Assembly (NCBI GenBank): GCA_033762915.1
Contig: JANRLD010000057.1
Span: 1 to 61,229 of the forward strand
Source of the DNA: Meiothermus sp.
Lineage (GTDB): Bacteria; Deinococcota; Deinococci; Deinococcales; Thermaceae
Reading direction: 5' to 3'
DNA: 61,229 nucleotides
Shown: positions 31,496-41,964 of the stretch, one piece after another
Layout: each line of letters opens with the position of its first letter
Position numbering within the stretch: position 1 is the stretch's first letter
Program-made: the position numbers and the translations under genes
The notes under the pieces: model-generated
Seen by the model: the letters and a program-made list of their open reading frames with translations, nothing else
Database searches by the model: none
What the model was told of the DNA's origin: nothing

Positions 31496-32737
31496 ATGTC
31501 GCTGCGAGTTCTCGGGATGATACTTGCGGGGGGACAGGGCTCGAGGTTGTTCCCCCTTACCGCCAAGCGGGCCAAGCCTTCAGTCCCGTTCGGGGCCAGG
31601 TACAGGATCATAGACTTTGTGCTCAACAACTTCCTTAACTCGGGGATCTACTCGATCTACGTGTTGACCCAGTTCAAGGCCCAGTCCCTGACCGAGCACG
31701 TGCAGCGCCACTGGCGCTTCGGGGGCATGCTCGAGGATGCTTTCATCCTGCTGGTGCCCGCCCAGATGTACCGCTACGAAGAGTTGGGGCCGGTCTGGTA
31801 CCGCGGCACGGCCGACGCCATCTACCAGAACAGCCACCTCATCAACAACCACAAGTCCGACGCGGTGGCGGTCTTCGGTGGCGACCACATCTTCAAGATG
31901 AACATCGAGCACATGGTGGCCTACCACCAGGATCACCGCGCCGACCTGACCATCGCGGCCTACTCGGTGCCGATCGCCGAGGCCAGCCGCTTCGGGGTGC
32001 TCCAGGTGGATGACCAGTGGCGCTTGGTGGGCTTCCAGGAAAAGCCCAAAAACCCCACCCCAATCCCCGGTCAGCCCGACATGGCGCTGGTCTCGATGGG
32101 TAACTACATCTTTAAGACAGAGTCGCTCACCGAGTTGCTCGAGCACGACGCCAAGGACACCAACTCCTCGCACGACTTCGGCAAGGACGTGATCCCCCGC
32201 GCCCTCACCGAGGGCTACCGCATCCAGGTCTACGACTTCAAGCGCAACCCCATCCCCGGCCAGAGCGCCCCCAACACCTACTGGCGCGACGTAGGAACCA
32301 TCGCGGCCTACTTCGAGGCCAACATGGATCTGGTGCAGGTCACGCCGGAGTTTGACCTCTTTAACCCCGAGTGGCCGATGCGGGCCGCCAACTTCAACTC
32401 CCCGCCAGCCAAGTTCGTCCACGAGGCTGGGGCCAGGGTGGGTCAGGCTTTCAACAGCCTGATCGCGGGCGGCACCATCGTCTCCGGCGGCACCGTGCGC
32501 GAGTCGGTGATCTTCCGCCGCAACCGCATCAACTCCTATGCCTTGGTGGAGAAGAGCATCCTCTTGGACGAGGTGGAGATCGGGCGCTACGCCAAGGTCA
32601 AGAATGCCATCATCGACAAGAACGTGCGCATCCCCCCCAACTTCGAGGTGGGCTACGACCTCGAGGCCGACCGCGCCCGCGGCTTCACCGTCACCGCCGA
32701 GGGCATCGTGGTGGTGCCTAAGAGCTACCGCTTCTAA
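31496..32737 (+). CDS. glgC: Glucose-1-phosphate adenylyltransferase
   Basis: [42 protein letters not shown]. Confidence 0.97.
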   Translation: MSLRVLGMILAGGQGSRLFPLTAKRAKPSVPFGARYRIIDFVLNNFLNSGIYSIYVLTQFKAQSLTEHVQRHWRFGGMLEDAFILLVPAQMYRYEELGPVWYRGTADAIYQNSHLINNHKSDAVAVFGGDHIFKMNIEHMVAYHQDHRADLTIAAYSVPIAEASRFGVLQVDDQWRLVGFQEKPKNPTPIPGQPDMALVSMGNYIFKTESLTELLEHDAKDTNSSHDFGKDVIPRALTEGYRIQVYDFKRNPIPGQSAPNTYWRDVGTIAAYFEANMDLVQVTPEFDLFNPEWPMRAANFNSPPAKFVHEAGARVGQAFNSLIAGGTIVSGGTVRESVIFRRNRINSYALVEKSILLDEVEIGRYAKVKNAIIDKNVRIPPNFEVGYDLEADRARGFTVTAEGIVVVPKSYRF

Positions 32738-32956
32738 TCGCGTTTACCACCCATACTCCGCCCACGGTGCTGCGCTAAAGCGTGCGCTAAAGCGTGCGCT
32801 AAAGCGGAGTATTGCACTTGGTACGGCAAAAACCGCCCGCTTTAGCGCCGTAGGGAGTATGCGTGGGAACTGCGCTAAGTGCCTCCCGCGTAGGTTGTTC
32901 CGGACGGCCCAGCCTGCGGGGCGGCGGTTTGCGCACCTTAAGCGGGCGCAACTTAG
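32735..32956 (+). mobile_element. Family-B copy B3 (32735-32876) joined to a short family-A-like copy (to 32956)
   Basis: TAATCGCGTTTACCACC...(TGCGCTAAAGCG)x3...GGGAGTATGCGTGGGAAC, then TAAGTGCCTCC...GGCGCAACTTAG. Confidence 0.7.
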
Positions 32957-33048
32957 CCGAAGGCAAGGGGCCGAGCGCTTAACGCCCAGCCGCCGTTATC
33001 GGTTACAATCTTTGGCGTTAAGCGTTCGGCTTTCGGCCTTAGGCGTTT

Positions 33049-33738
33049 ATGGATAAGCATCCCGGAAAAGTATTCTATCGGTTAACCCGACTGTATCCCG
33101 GCGACGCGTTGCCGGGGGGGCGTGCCCCGGCGGCCAAGGTCTACGCCAACCCGCTCGAGTCCGTCGAACTGCCCGAGCCGGTGCGGGAGGGTGGACCGGT
33201 GGTGTGGCGGGTGCTCTCGAGGGTGGCCCCCACCGCCCCCAAAGTCGGGGCCTCCATCACCCAAGCCGAGCTTTCGCAGGTGCTGGCCCCGCTGGCGGTC
33301 AAGCGTGGGGGGCGCGGCTACCCCAGCGCGGGCAACGCCTACCCGGTCGAGGTTTACGTGGCGGTGCAGCGTCTCCAGGACACCTTTGCCGGGGTCTACC
33401 ACTATGCCGCCAAGCAGCACAACCTGGAGCAGCTCTCGAGCCGCTTCGACGCCCCCGGCTGGCGGAGCGCCCTGATGGACTTGGACGCGGTGGACACCTC
33501 GGCGGCGCTGGTGGTGTTCGGCGCGGTGCCGGAGCGGTCGGAGGCGGTGTTCGGGGTGCGGGGGTATCGCTACGCGCTCTTGGAGGCGGGCTACGCGGTG
33601 GGCGAGGTGATGGTGGCCGCCACCGCGCTGGGTCTGCAGGCCTACCCGGCGGAGTCGTTCTACGACGAGGAAGTGCGGAAGCTGCTGAGCCTGCCGGAGT
33701 CGGAACACCCGGTGGTGGTGCTGCTGCTGGGGCGGTGA
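33049..33738 (+). CDS. SagB/ThcOx-like nitroreductase-family protein
   Basis: YPSAGNAYPVEVY, GVYHY, RGYRYALLEAG. Confidence 0.85.
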   Translation: MDKHPGKVFYRLTRLYPGDALPGGRAPAAKVYANPLESVELPEPVREGGPVVWRVLSRVAPTAPKVGASITQAELSQVLAPLAVKRGGRGYPSAGNAYPVEVYVAVQRLQDTFAGVYHYAAKQHNLEQLSSRFDAPGWRSALMDLDAVDTSAALVVFGAVPERSEAVFGVRGYRYALLEAGYAVGEVMVAATALGLQAYPAESFYDEEVRKLLSLPESEHPVVVLLLGR

Positions 33739-33976
33739 CTTGCCTGGGGAGCTGTGCCGCAATGTCTGCCCCTGCCCCGGCCATAAAGTGTTCCCCTACC
33801 CAAATGCGGCCTACCGTCCCGAAACCCCCGCGGGGAGTCTCGCCAGGGTTTGCCCCGGGGCACGCTGACCGGTCTCGCCCATCCTGCCCATCTGCCCCGG
33901 AGTAACCCACCTGGCAGCAACGGGCTTTGACCCTTTGGCCCGACCCCCGGCGGCAAAGCCGTATACTCATCCCAGC

Positions 33977-34756
33977 ATGGTGCCCAGCCAGCGCAAGCGG
34001 CGCATCCTCGAGCAACTCCTAATCGAGAAGACCATCCCCATCCGCGACCTGGCGGCGCGGATGGAGGTCCACGAGATCACCATCCGGCGCGACCTGGGCG
34101 AACTCGAGAAGCAGGGCCTGGTGGAGATGGTGCGGGGCGGGGCGCGGCTGGTCGAGCAGGCCCAGACCGACGTGGCCTACGAGATGCGCTCGCAGCGCGA
34201 TCTCGAGGCCAAGCGCTTGATCGCCCGCGAGGCCCTCAAGCTGATCTCCGAAGGGGACACGGTGGCGCTGGACGCCAGCACGACCTCCCTCGAGCTGGCC
34301 CGGATCATCGGGGTGCGGGAGCGGGTTCACGTGCTGGTGAGCAGCCTGGACGCTGCCAACGTGCTGGCTGCCTCAAAGGTCACCTTCTCGATCATCGGGG
34401 GCACCTTCAACCCGGCGGCGCGGGGCTTCTCCGGCCCCATCAGCCAGCTGGTGTTGGGGCGGCTCCACCCAGACAAGGCGTTCTTCTCGAGCAAGGGCCT
34501 CTCGCAGAAGTCGGGCTTCAGCGACGCCAGCTTGGTCGAGGCCGAGGTCAAGACCCAGCTCATCCGGGCCGCCAAGAGCGCCATAGCCCTGGTGGACGGC
34601 AGCAAGTTCGGGGGAGTGGCCTTTAGTACGATTGTGGGCCTCGAGCACGTGGACGCCCTCATCACCGACCGGGAGCCCGACCCGGCGCTACGCAAGTGGC
34701 TGCTCGAGGGCGGGGTCAAGATCACCATCGCCAAAAAAACCACCAAGGAGCGCTAG
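33977..34756 (+). CDS. DeoR/GlpR transcriptional regulator
   Basis: EITIRRDLGELE...RGGA, LDASTT, DGSKFG; TATACT upstream. Confidence 0.93.
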   Translation: MVPSQRKRRILEQLLIEKTIPIRDLAARMEVHEITIRRDLGELEKQGLVEMVRGGARLVEQAQTDVAYEMRSQRDLEAKRLIAREALKLISEGDTVALDASTTSLELARIIGVRERVHVLVSSLDAANVLAASKVTFSIIGGTFNPAARGFSGPISQLVLGRLHPDKAFFSSKGLSQKSGFSDASLVEAEVKTQLIRAAKSAIALVDGSKFGGVAFSTIVGLEHVDALITDREPDPALRKWLLEGGVKITIAKKTTKER

Positions 34757-35010
34757 GCCCGACGGGGGCCAAACCCCCATGGCCGGTTTGATCGTCCGCA
34801 GCCGCAGAGAACAAGGGCAACGGAGAAAGTGAAGCCTTCAGGCTATACAGCAGTTGGCAAATTGATTCCCGCGACACCGTCCCAGCACGGAGTGCTTCCA
34901 GCTCAAACAGCGCACACCCGAAGCCTGCCGAGTCGCGTAGTCGGGGTCGGGGGTACTCGGCGCAAACGGCAGGCTCGGTAACAAGATGGTGACAGGCATT
35001 TGGCCTCTAA

Positions 35011-35123
35011 AAATCTCCATAGTTGAAATGCAGGAACCCGCTCCGAAACACCCGTAGGGAATTGCGCCAGACACGTGTTTTCGGCGTTCGCTGGTCTTGC
35101 AAATCTGCCCTGGCGCAACTTAT
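35011..35123 (+). mobile_element. Family-A repeat, copy A4
   Basis: TCTCCATAGTTGAAATGC...GGGAATTGCGCC...CTGCCCTGGCGCAACTTA. Confidence 0.7.
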
Positions 35124-35139
35124 CAGGGATGAATAACCT

Positions 35140-35931
35140 CTACAGCGGCGGCGTAAACCGACCGTCTATCGCCGTCCAGCCGCCGTCCACGAACAAAATT
35201 GTCCCGGTGATGTAGGAGGCCGCCGGCGAGGATAAGAAGGCCACCGCCGCGCCCACTTCCTCGGGTTTGCCCCAGCGCTTAAGGATGGAGTGCTGCGCGT
35301 AGGCGTCGTACCAGTCGGGCTTGCCCTTGATGGGGGCGGTGAGCGGGGTGTCGATCACGCCCGGCCCGATGGCGTTGACCCGCACGCCCCTGGGGCCAAG
35401 CTCGGAGGCCAGGCCGCGCACCAGCTGTACCGTCCCGGCCTTGGTGGCGGCGTACACGCTCTGCCCCGGCTCCACCACCAGCGAGCGGATAGAGCTAAAG
35501 GCCACTAAGCTCCCCGAGCCCTGCTCGGCCATGACGCGTCCGGCCGCGGTCAGGAAGCGGAAGGTGCCGCCCAGGTTGAGGCTCAGAACGCGCTCGAGTT
35601 CCTCGTCGGTGTAGTCGAGGGCGGGCTTGCGCACATTGATGCTGGGTGTGGTCACCCCGATGTCCAGCCGCCCGTAGCGCCGTGCCACGTCCTCCACCAG
35701 CGAGCGTACCGAGGCGGAGTCGTTGAGGTTCATCTCCACCGCCTCGGCCTCTCCACCGCCCGCCCCAATTCTCCCGGCGGTCTCGGCGGCCAGTGCCGCC
35801 TTGGCGTCCGCCACCACGACCTTAGCCCCCTGCCCTGCCAGTGCTTCGGCCGAGGCCTGCCCGATCCCCGAGCCGCCTCCCACCACGATGGCCACCTTGC
35901 CGTCCAGACGAAACATATCCGCGTAGTTCAT
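35140..35931 (-). CDS. Short-chain dehydrogenase/reductase
   Basis: GGGSGIG, YAATK, VNAIGPG, VDGG; GGAGG RBS. Confidence 0.93.
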   Translation of the reverse strand: MNYADMFRLDGKVAIVVGGGSGIGQASAEALAGQGAKVVVADAKAALAAETAGRIGAGGGEAEAVEMNLNDSASVRSLVEDVARRYGRLDIGVTTPSINVRKPALDYTDEELERVLSLNLGGTFRFLTAAGRVMAEQGSGSLVAFSSIRSLVVEPGQSVYAATKAGTVQLVRGLASELGPRGVRVNAIGPGVIDTPLTAPIKGKPDWYDAYAQHSILKRWGKPEEVGAAVAFLSSPAASYITGTILFVDGGWTAIDGRFTPPL

Positions 35932-35997
35932 ATGTCCTCCGCTTGTGGCCTGTGGCCCGTAGCCCGTGACCATGCACAGGCTACAGGCTGCGGGCCA

Positions 35998-36861
35998 CTA
36001 GCTCCTTTTCCGTGGATCGAGCCAGTCCCGCAACCCGTCGCCCAACAGGTTGAATCCTAACACCGCGATCCCGATGGCGATGCCGGGGAAGACCGTGGGG
36101 AAGGGGGCGAGCTCCTGGTACTGTTGGCCCTCGCGCAGCATCCGGCCCCAGCTGGGGTCGGGGGGCTGGGTGCCCAGGCCGAGGTAGGAGAGCGCGGCCT
36201 CGGCCAGGATCGAGGCCGCGAAGGCCAGGCTGGCCTGCACCACCAGCGGGCCGATGATGTTGGGCAGCACGTGGCGCAGCATGATGCGGAGGTTGCCCAC
36301 GCCCAGTGCCCTGGCCGCCTCGATGTAGGGGAGAGCCTTCACCGACAGGACGCTGGCCCGGGCGAGGCGCGCAAAGGCCGGCACCGCCGCCAGCCCGATG
36401 GCCACCATCGAGGTGGTGATGCCGGGGTTGAAGATGGCCGCGAACAGCAGGGCGATCAGGAGCGCGGGCAGGGCGTAGAGGGTCTCGGTGAAGACCGCCA
36501 GAATCTGGTCGAACCAGCCGCCGAAGTAGCCTGCGATCACGCCGATCACCAGGCCCAGCGACAGCCCGATCCCCACCGCGATGATGCCCACGTACAGCGC
36601 GTTAGCGGCCCCGCCCAGCACCCTGGCCAGGGTGTCACGCCCCAGGATATCGGTGCCCAGCGGGTGCCCCGGCGTTCCCAGCCCGGCCAGCCGGTTGGTG
36701 GTGGTGGCGTTGGGGTCAACCGGGTAAAGCACGCTCACCAGCACCATCAGCAGGATGAAGCCGAGGATGCCTGCCCCGATCTTGAGGCCGACCGGGAGCT
36801 GGGCCAGGAGGCGCCCGAGGTTGCGCGTCGACGGCTGGCGGCTCGAGGCCCGACTAGCCAT
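35998..36861 (-). CDS. Peptide/nickel ABC permease (DppC-like)
   Basis: HPLGTDILGRD, YIEAARALG, HVLPN, LSYLGLG. Confidence 0.93.
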   Translation of the reverse strand: MASRASSRQPSTRNLGRLLAQLPVGLKIGAGILGFILLMVLVSVLYPVDPNATTTNRLAGLGTPGHPLGTDILGRDTLARVLGGAANALYVGIIAVGIGLSLGLVIGVIAGYFGGWFDQILAVFTETLYALPALLIALLFAAIFNPGITTSMVAIGLAAVPAFARLARASVLSVKALPYIEAARALGVGNLRIMLRHVLPNIIGPLVVQASLAFAASILAEAALSYLGLGTQPPDPSWGRMLREGQQYQELAPFPTVFPGIAIGIAVLGFNLLGDGLRDWLDPRKRS

Positions 36862-37009
36862 GACTCACCTCGGCGGCAACGTCAAGGGCATACACCGCGC
36901 TCACAGCCTCCACCCTTTCCGCCGGGAGGACTTCATGCCCCGATGAATGGGGTTTCGGGAGTCTTTTTTTGCCTGTTCCCCCATCCTCCATCCTGCCCCT
37001 TCCCTCTCT

Positions 37010-37957
37010 TTAGCCATAACTCACCCTTGGGTCGAGGTAGGCGTACATCAGGTCAACCAGCAGGTTCATAAAGACGATGAAGCCCGCGATGGTCAGCACC
37101 ACGCCCTGCACCAGCGGGTAGTCGCGGGCGCTGATGGCCAGCAGCGAGAGCGAGCCCAGGCCGGGGATGCCGAAGACCTGCTCGACCACCACCGCGGCGA
37201 TCAGGAGTTGGGCGAACTCGAGGCCCAGTACCGTGATCACCGGCAGCGAGGCGTTCTTGAGGGCGTGCTTGTAGAGCACCACCCGCTCGCTCAGACCCTT
37301 GGCGCGGGCGGTGCGGACGTAGTCCTGGTTAAGCACCTCGAGCACGCTCCCGCGCACCAGCCGCACCAGCAGCGAGGCGCTCGCCAGCCCGACCGTCACT
37401 ACAGGCAGGATCAGGGCCGCCAGGGCGCGCTCGGGGTTCTCCCAGCCGCCGATGGGAAAGCTGCTGGGCAGGGGCAGCTTGAGCCAGATGATGAAGACGT
37501 AGATGAACATGATGCCCACCCAGAACGACGGCACCACGATCCCCACCAGCGAGCCTGCCGAGACCGCCACGTCCACCCAAGTTCCCGCCCGCCTCGCCGC
37601 TAAAATCCCCAGCGGCACCGCCAGCAGCGTCGCCAGCATCAGCGCGGCGATCACGACGGGCAGGGTGATGCCCAGACGCGCCCCGATCAGGCCGGAGATC
37701 GGGCTCTCGTAGCGGATGGACTGCCCCAGGTCGCCCTGCACCACCCCGCCCAGCCAGCTCAGGTAGCGCTCCACGGGCGGCTTGTCGAGGCCGAGCCTGG
37801 CCTCGAGGGCCTCCAAATCCGCCGGTGTGGCGTCAATCCCCAGAATGGCCTGGGCCGGGTTCCCCGGTATCAGCAGCAACGCCATAAACACCAACAACGT
37901 CGCCAGCCACAGGGTGAGTAGGGCGAAGCCGAGGCGGCGGAGGGTGTAGGCAAACAT
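37010..37957 (-). CDS. Peptide/nickel ABC permease (DppB-like)
   Basis: PGNPA, GDLGQS, DYVRTARAKGL, RDYPLVQG. Confidence 0.93.
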   Translation of the reverse strand: MFAYTLRRLGFALLTLWLATLLVFMALLLIPGNPAQAILGIDATPADLEALEARLGLDKPPVERYLSWLGGVVQGDLGQSIRYESPISGLIGARLGITLPVVIAALMLATLLAVPLGILAARRAGTWVDVAVSAGSLVGIVVPSFWVGIMFIYVFIIWLKLPLPSSFPIGGWENPERALAALILPVVTVGLASASLLVRLVRGSVLEVLNQDYVRTARAKGLSERVVLYKHALKNASLPVITVLGLEFAQLLIAAVVVEQVFGIPGLGSLSLLAISARDYPLVQGVVLTIAGFIVFMNLLVDLMYAYLDPRVSYG

Positions 37958-37970
37958 AGGGAAGAAGCCA

Positions 37971-38087
37971 ACCGTTGAGGGTTGAACACTGACCGAGAAA
38001 GGCTGTTAGCGGTTAGCTTTTGGCCTTTAGTTAACGGCTAAAAGCTAACTGCCAACAGCCTCAACGCTTCCGTCAACCCTCGACGGT
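37971..38087. repeat. Nested long inverted repeat built from heptamer-like units
   Basis: Outer ACCGTTGAGGGTTGA/TCAACCCTCGACGGT; inner GGCTGTTAGCGGTTAGCTTTTGGCC/GGCTAAAAGCTAACTGCCAACAGCC. Confidence 0.85.
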
Positions 38088-38099
38088 CAAGCGGTTGTG

Positions 38100-39608
38100 C
38101 TAGCGACTAACCGAGACTCCGCTCACCACGATCCCCGGCGAGAGGTTGCCCTCGGGCCAGTTCTGGATGCGGGCGCGGTAGGCCCCCAGGGCGGGGAGGC
38201 TCATGGTCCAGACCCCGGCGTAGTCCTGGGCCAACACGCGCTGGGCTTCGCCGAGGGCGGCGCAAGCGCGGGTCTGGTTGGGGGCGCGGAGGTACTGAGT
38301 GTAGAAGTCGCGGAAGCGCTGGGAGTCGTAGCGCCAGTAGTAGCGGGGGTTGGCGTAGTTGGAGGTGTCGTTGGCCTCGACGTGGCCGATGATGGTCATG
38401 CCGTAGTCGGCCTGGGTGAAGACCCGCTGGATCCAGGTGTTGAAGTCCACCACCTGAATGTTGACCTTGACCATCGGGCCGAGCGCGTTAAGCTGGGCTG
38501 CCATGGCCTCGCCGATGCGCCGCTCGTAGGGGAACTCGGCGGCCACGGTGTAGGTGAAGGTCAGGGGCTTTTCGGCGGTGAAACCGGCCTCGGCCAGGAG
38601 GGCCTTGGCCTGGTCGGGGTTGTAGGGGGCGAAGTTGGAGAGGTCGACGTAGCAGGCCTCGCCAGGGGAGCGCATCGAGCCGATCTTGGCCCCGTAGCCC
38701 AGCATCGCGCCCTTGATCAGCTCGTCCTTGTTGGTGGCCAGGGTGATGGCCCGGCGCACCCGCACGTCGTTGAAGGGGGCGCGACTGTTGTTGAAGCCCG
38801 CCACCGCCTCGGCGGTGCCAGAGCCGGAGAAGACCTTGAAGTTGGCGGTGTCGCGCTGGAGCACCAGGGCGTTCTCGGGCAGCAGGCTGTAGGCGATCAC
38901 GTCGATGTCGCCGGCCCGCAGGCCCGCGAGCTGCGCGTCGCCGTCACCCAGGAAGCGGAAGTTCACCCCGTCCAGCAGGGGCTGGCCCTGCACGTAGTAG
39001 TTGGGGTTGCGGGCGAGGCGCACCGCCACGCCTTTCTCCCAGGCCGAGAAGACAAAGGGGCCGGTGCCCACGGGCTTGGCCCGCAGTTCCTCGAGCTTGG
39101 CGTCGGAGGGCAGGATCAACGACTCGGGGCGGGAGAGGGTGAAGAGGAAGTCGTTGTTGGGCTGGCGCAGGTTGAAGACTACCGAGGTCGCGCTGGGCGC
39201 GGTAACGCTGATGATGTCGCGGTAGAGGTCGGGGCGCAGGTGGCCGGAGGCCCGGGTGTCGGGGTTGCGGGCGCGGTTGAACTTGGCCACCACATCGGCG
39301 GAAGTGAAGTCCGAGCCGTTGTGGAACTTGACGCCCGAGCGCAGGGTGAAGGTGTAGGTCAGGCCCGAGTTAGAGGCCACCCAGCGGCTGGCCAGCGAGG
39401 GTACGATCTCGCCCTTGGGGTTGCGCTTAACCAGCCCTTGCAGCACGTTGTCGTAGACCACTCGAGAGATGTCCGCCCCGGCGACCTGGGTGGGGTCCCA
39501 GGCAGCGGGCTCGGTCTGGATGGCGATGGTGATGGTTCCCCCGCGCTGCTGCGCCGAGGCCAGCCCCAGGACTGCCACTGCACCGACTAACAACCAACGT
39601 CCAATCAT
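38100..39608 (-). CDS. Family-5 ABC substrate-binding protein
   Basis: Signal peptide, LRSGVKFHNG, PVGTGPF, DVRVRRAI; AGGAGG RBS. Confidence 0.93.
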   Translation of the reverse strand: MIGRWLLVGAVAVLGLASAQQRGGTITIAIQTEPAAWDPTQVAGADISRVVYDNVLQGLVKRNPKGEIVPSLASRWVASNSGLTYTFTLRSGVKFHNGSDFTSADVVAKFNRARNPDTRASGHLRPDLYRDIISVTAPSATSVVFNLRQPNNDFLFTLSRPESLILPSDAKLEELRAKPVGTGPFVFSAWEKGVAVRLARNPNYYVQGQPLLDGVNFRFLGDGDAQLAGLRAGDIDVIAYSLLPENALVLQRDTANFKVFSGSGTAEAVAGFNNSRAPFNDVRVRRAITLATNKDELIKGAMLGYGAKIGSMRSPGEACYVDLSNFAPYNPDQAKALLAEAGFTAEKPLTFTYTVAAEFPYERRIGEAMAAQLNALGPMVKVNIQVVDFNTWIQRVFTQADYGMTIIGHVEANDTSNYANPRYYWRYDSQRFRDFYTQYLRAPNQTRACAALGEAQRVLAQDYAGVWTMSLPALGAYRARIQNWPEGNLSPGIVVSGVSVSR

Positions 39609-40004
39609 GACTCCTCCTAAAGAAGACCCAGGGTTTCGCGGTTTGTGCTCGCGCCGCGCGCGGGAGGCCCGGTATCTCGAGCCCCGCCCTTTTGCGGGTT
39701 TGGTCTCCTCCACCGCCCCCGCCCGAAAGAAGCCTGTGCGATACGCTCCGTCGGTCTCGCTCGTGGGGTCAAGATAACATAGAAGGTTTGGCGGGGAAAG
39801 GGTCTTGAGGCACGAGTGGGACGGGGGTGGGGAGTGGGGAGAGCAAGCGAGGCCGCCCATCGCTTGCGCAACCCTCGGCAACTTGTGATCGTCCCTCCGA
39901 CCTTGGCCCCCGTCACAGGCCGAAACCGTGAAGGTTGTGTACGAGATCACGGGGCACGCGGCAACGGCGGGGGCCGTTTGGGGCATCGCTTTTCGCTTCC
40001 TCCC

Positions 40005-41198
40005 TTACCCCACCATCAGCACGCTCGAGGCCGCGTACAGCCGCGCCGAGGCCACCAGCTCGTCTATGTCGATGTACTCGTCGGCTTGGTGGGGCACTGT
40101 GCGCACCCCGGCCCCGATGGTCACCACGGGGAGGCCCGCCCAGGCCCAAAGAAAGGTGCCGTCGGTAGCACCGGGGACGCCGCCGTACTTTACCGGCATT
40201 CCCAGCAGGTGCAGGCCCTGCTCGACCGAGCTGACCAGATCGGTGTCCCTCGAGGTCTCCGTGGCCGGGCGGTTCTCGAACACCTCCAGCTCTGCCGTCA
40301 CCCCCTCGTTCAGGCTGGCCGCCAGCGCCTCGCGCAAACGCCGCTCGATCTCGGCGTGGTCTTGGCCGGAGTTGGTGCGGACATCGATGCCGAGCTTGAC
40401 CTTGTCGGGGATGACGTTGAACTGACCCTCCCCCGCGCCGGCCTGGAAGACCGTGGGCGTGACCCAGGGCTTGCCAAGGTATGGGTGGAAACTCTCGGCC
40501 TGGAGCTGGGTCTGCAGCGACTCGAGCCGGCCCAAAAACCGCCCCGCCGCTGGGATGGGGTTGGCCCCGGCGTAGGGCATCGCGCCATGGGCCATCTTGC
40601 CCTGAAAACCTACCCAGACCCGCATTGCGCCCTTCTGCCAGAGGCAGACCTCCATCTCCTCGGGCTCGCAGACGATCGCGCCCGCGAAGCCCTCGGCGTA
40701 GCCCGCCTTGACGAAGGCCTTGACCCCGATCATCAGGCCCTCCTCGTCGCAGGGGATGCACAGGCGGAGGGTCTTGGCGGGCTCGCCCAGCACCTTCCTC
40801 ACCGCCACCGCCGCGCAGACCGCCGCCGCCAGGCCGCCCTTCATGTCGCAAGTGCCGCGCCCGAAAATCTTGCCGTTCGCGATCCGCGCCTCGTAGGGCG
40901 GAACCGTCCACTGGTCGAGGTTGCCGTGGGTGACCACGTCGGTGTGGCCCTCGAGGATCAACCCCCCCGGCCCTGAGCCCAGGTCGGCGATCAGGTTGGG
41001 GCGGCCCGGGACGACCGGCTGAACCATGGTCTTGAAGCCGCGGGCGCGGAGGTAGGGCTCGAGGAAGTCCACCACCGGCTGCTCGCCGGGGCCGGGGTAG
41101 TAGCTCTCGAGGCGGACCAACTGCTGGGTGAGGCGCACCACCTCCTCGGCGTCCACGGCGGCGGCGGCCTGCTTGGCCAGTTCGTGCTTGTCGGACAT
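40005..41198 (-). CDS. M20 metallopeptidase (ArgE/DapE-like deacylase)
   Basis: EGHTDVV, GRGTCDMKGG, DEEG, CEP, HQADE. Confidence 0.92.
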   Translation of the reverse strand: MSDKHELAKQAAAAVDAEEVVRLTQQLVRLESYYPGPGEQPVVDFLEPYLRARGFKTMVQPVVPGRPNLIADLGSGPGGLILEGHTDVVTHGNLDQWTVPPYEARIANGKIFGRGTCDMKGGLAAAVCAAVAVRKVLGEPAKTLRLCIPCDEEGLMIGVKAFVKAGYAEGFAGAIVCEPEEMEVCLWQKGAMRVWVGFQGKMAHGAMPYAGANPIPAAGRFLGRLESLQTQLQAESFHPYLGKPWVTPTVFQAGAGEGQFNVIPDKVKLGIDVRTNSGQDHAEIERRLREALAASLNEGVTAELEVFENRPATETSRDTDLVSSVEQGLHLLGMPVKYGGVPGATDGTFLWAWAGLPVVTIGAGVRTVPHQADEYIDIDELVASARLYAASSVLMVG

Positions 41199-41316
41199 GC
41201 GGCCATCATACGCAAACCAGAGGTCGGGCGGCGAGCGTGTCCCTGCCCTCGAGCCACCCCGAGGTGGGTCCGGCCAACTCGACCCGCGGCGCTTCCAGGG
41301 TAGACTCGAGCGCAAC

Positions 41317-41901
41317 ATGCGGATCGTCGTCACCTCCAACAAGGGCGGGGTGGGGAAGACCACCACTGCCGTCCACCTCGCGGCCTTCCTGCAGATGCGG
41401 GGGCCGACGCTGCTGATAGATGCCGACCCGGTGAAGGGGGCGCTCACCTGGGCCGCGCAGGGCGAGGGCCTGCCCTTCTGGGTTGCCAGGCCGGGGGCCA
41501 CCAAGGAGCGCAAGTTTGACCACGTGGTGGTAGACACGCGGGGCCAGCCCAAGGCCAAGACCCTGGGAGAGTTCGCCGAAGGCGCCGACCTGATCGTGGT
41601 GCCCACCACCCCCAGCGTCCTCTCGCTCCAGAGCCTGCCGGCGCTGCTCGAGGAGCTTGGGGGCCTGCCCGTCAAGACCCTGCTCACAGTCGTCCCGCCG
41701 TTCCCCTCCCTCGAGGGCGCTCGAGCGCTGGCCTGGCTCAAGGCCGCAAAAATCCCCCACTTCAAGACCGCAGTCGGCCGATACGCCGCTTACGAGAAAG
41801 CCGCCCTGTTGGGCACCACCGTCCAGAGCGTCGCCGACCCCAGGGCGCAGCGGGCCTGGGAGGACTACATTGCGGTGGGGCGTGAAGCCACCTGGAAATA
41901 G
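41317..41901 (+). CDS. Small orphan ParA/MinD-family ATPase
   Basis: NKGGVGKTT deviant Walker A, LLIDAD, VVVDT; 194 aa. Confidence 0.88.
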   Translation: MRIVVTSNKGGVGKTTTAVHLAAFLQMRGPTLLIDADPVKGALTWAAQGEGLPFWVARPGATKERKFDHVVVDTRGQPKAKTLGEFAEGADLIVVPTTPSVLSLQSLPALLEELGGLPVKTLLTVVPPFPSLEGARALAWLKAAKIPHFKTAVGRYAAYEKAALLGTTVQSVADPRAQRAWEDYIAVGREATWK

Positions 41902-41964
41902 CCGCAACGGCTGGTGGAGCTTGCGGTTGTCGCGGCAGGGATCAGACGGTTAGCCCGCGTAACC

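Noticed and set aside
33049..33738. RiPP (azole) biosynthetic cluster around the SagB-like gene
   Set aside because: No YcaO, precursor peptide or transporter nearby
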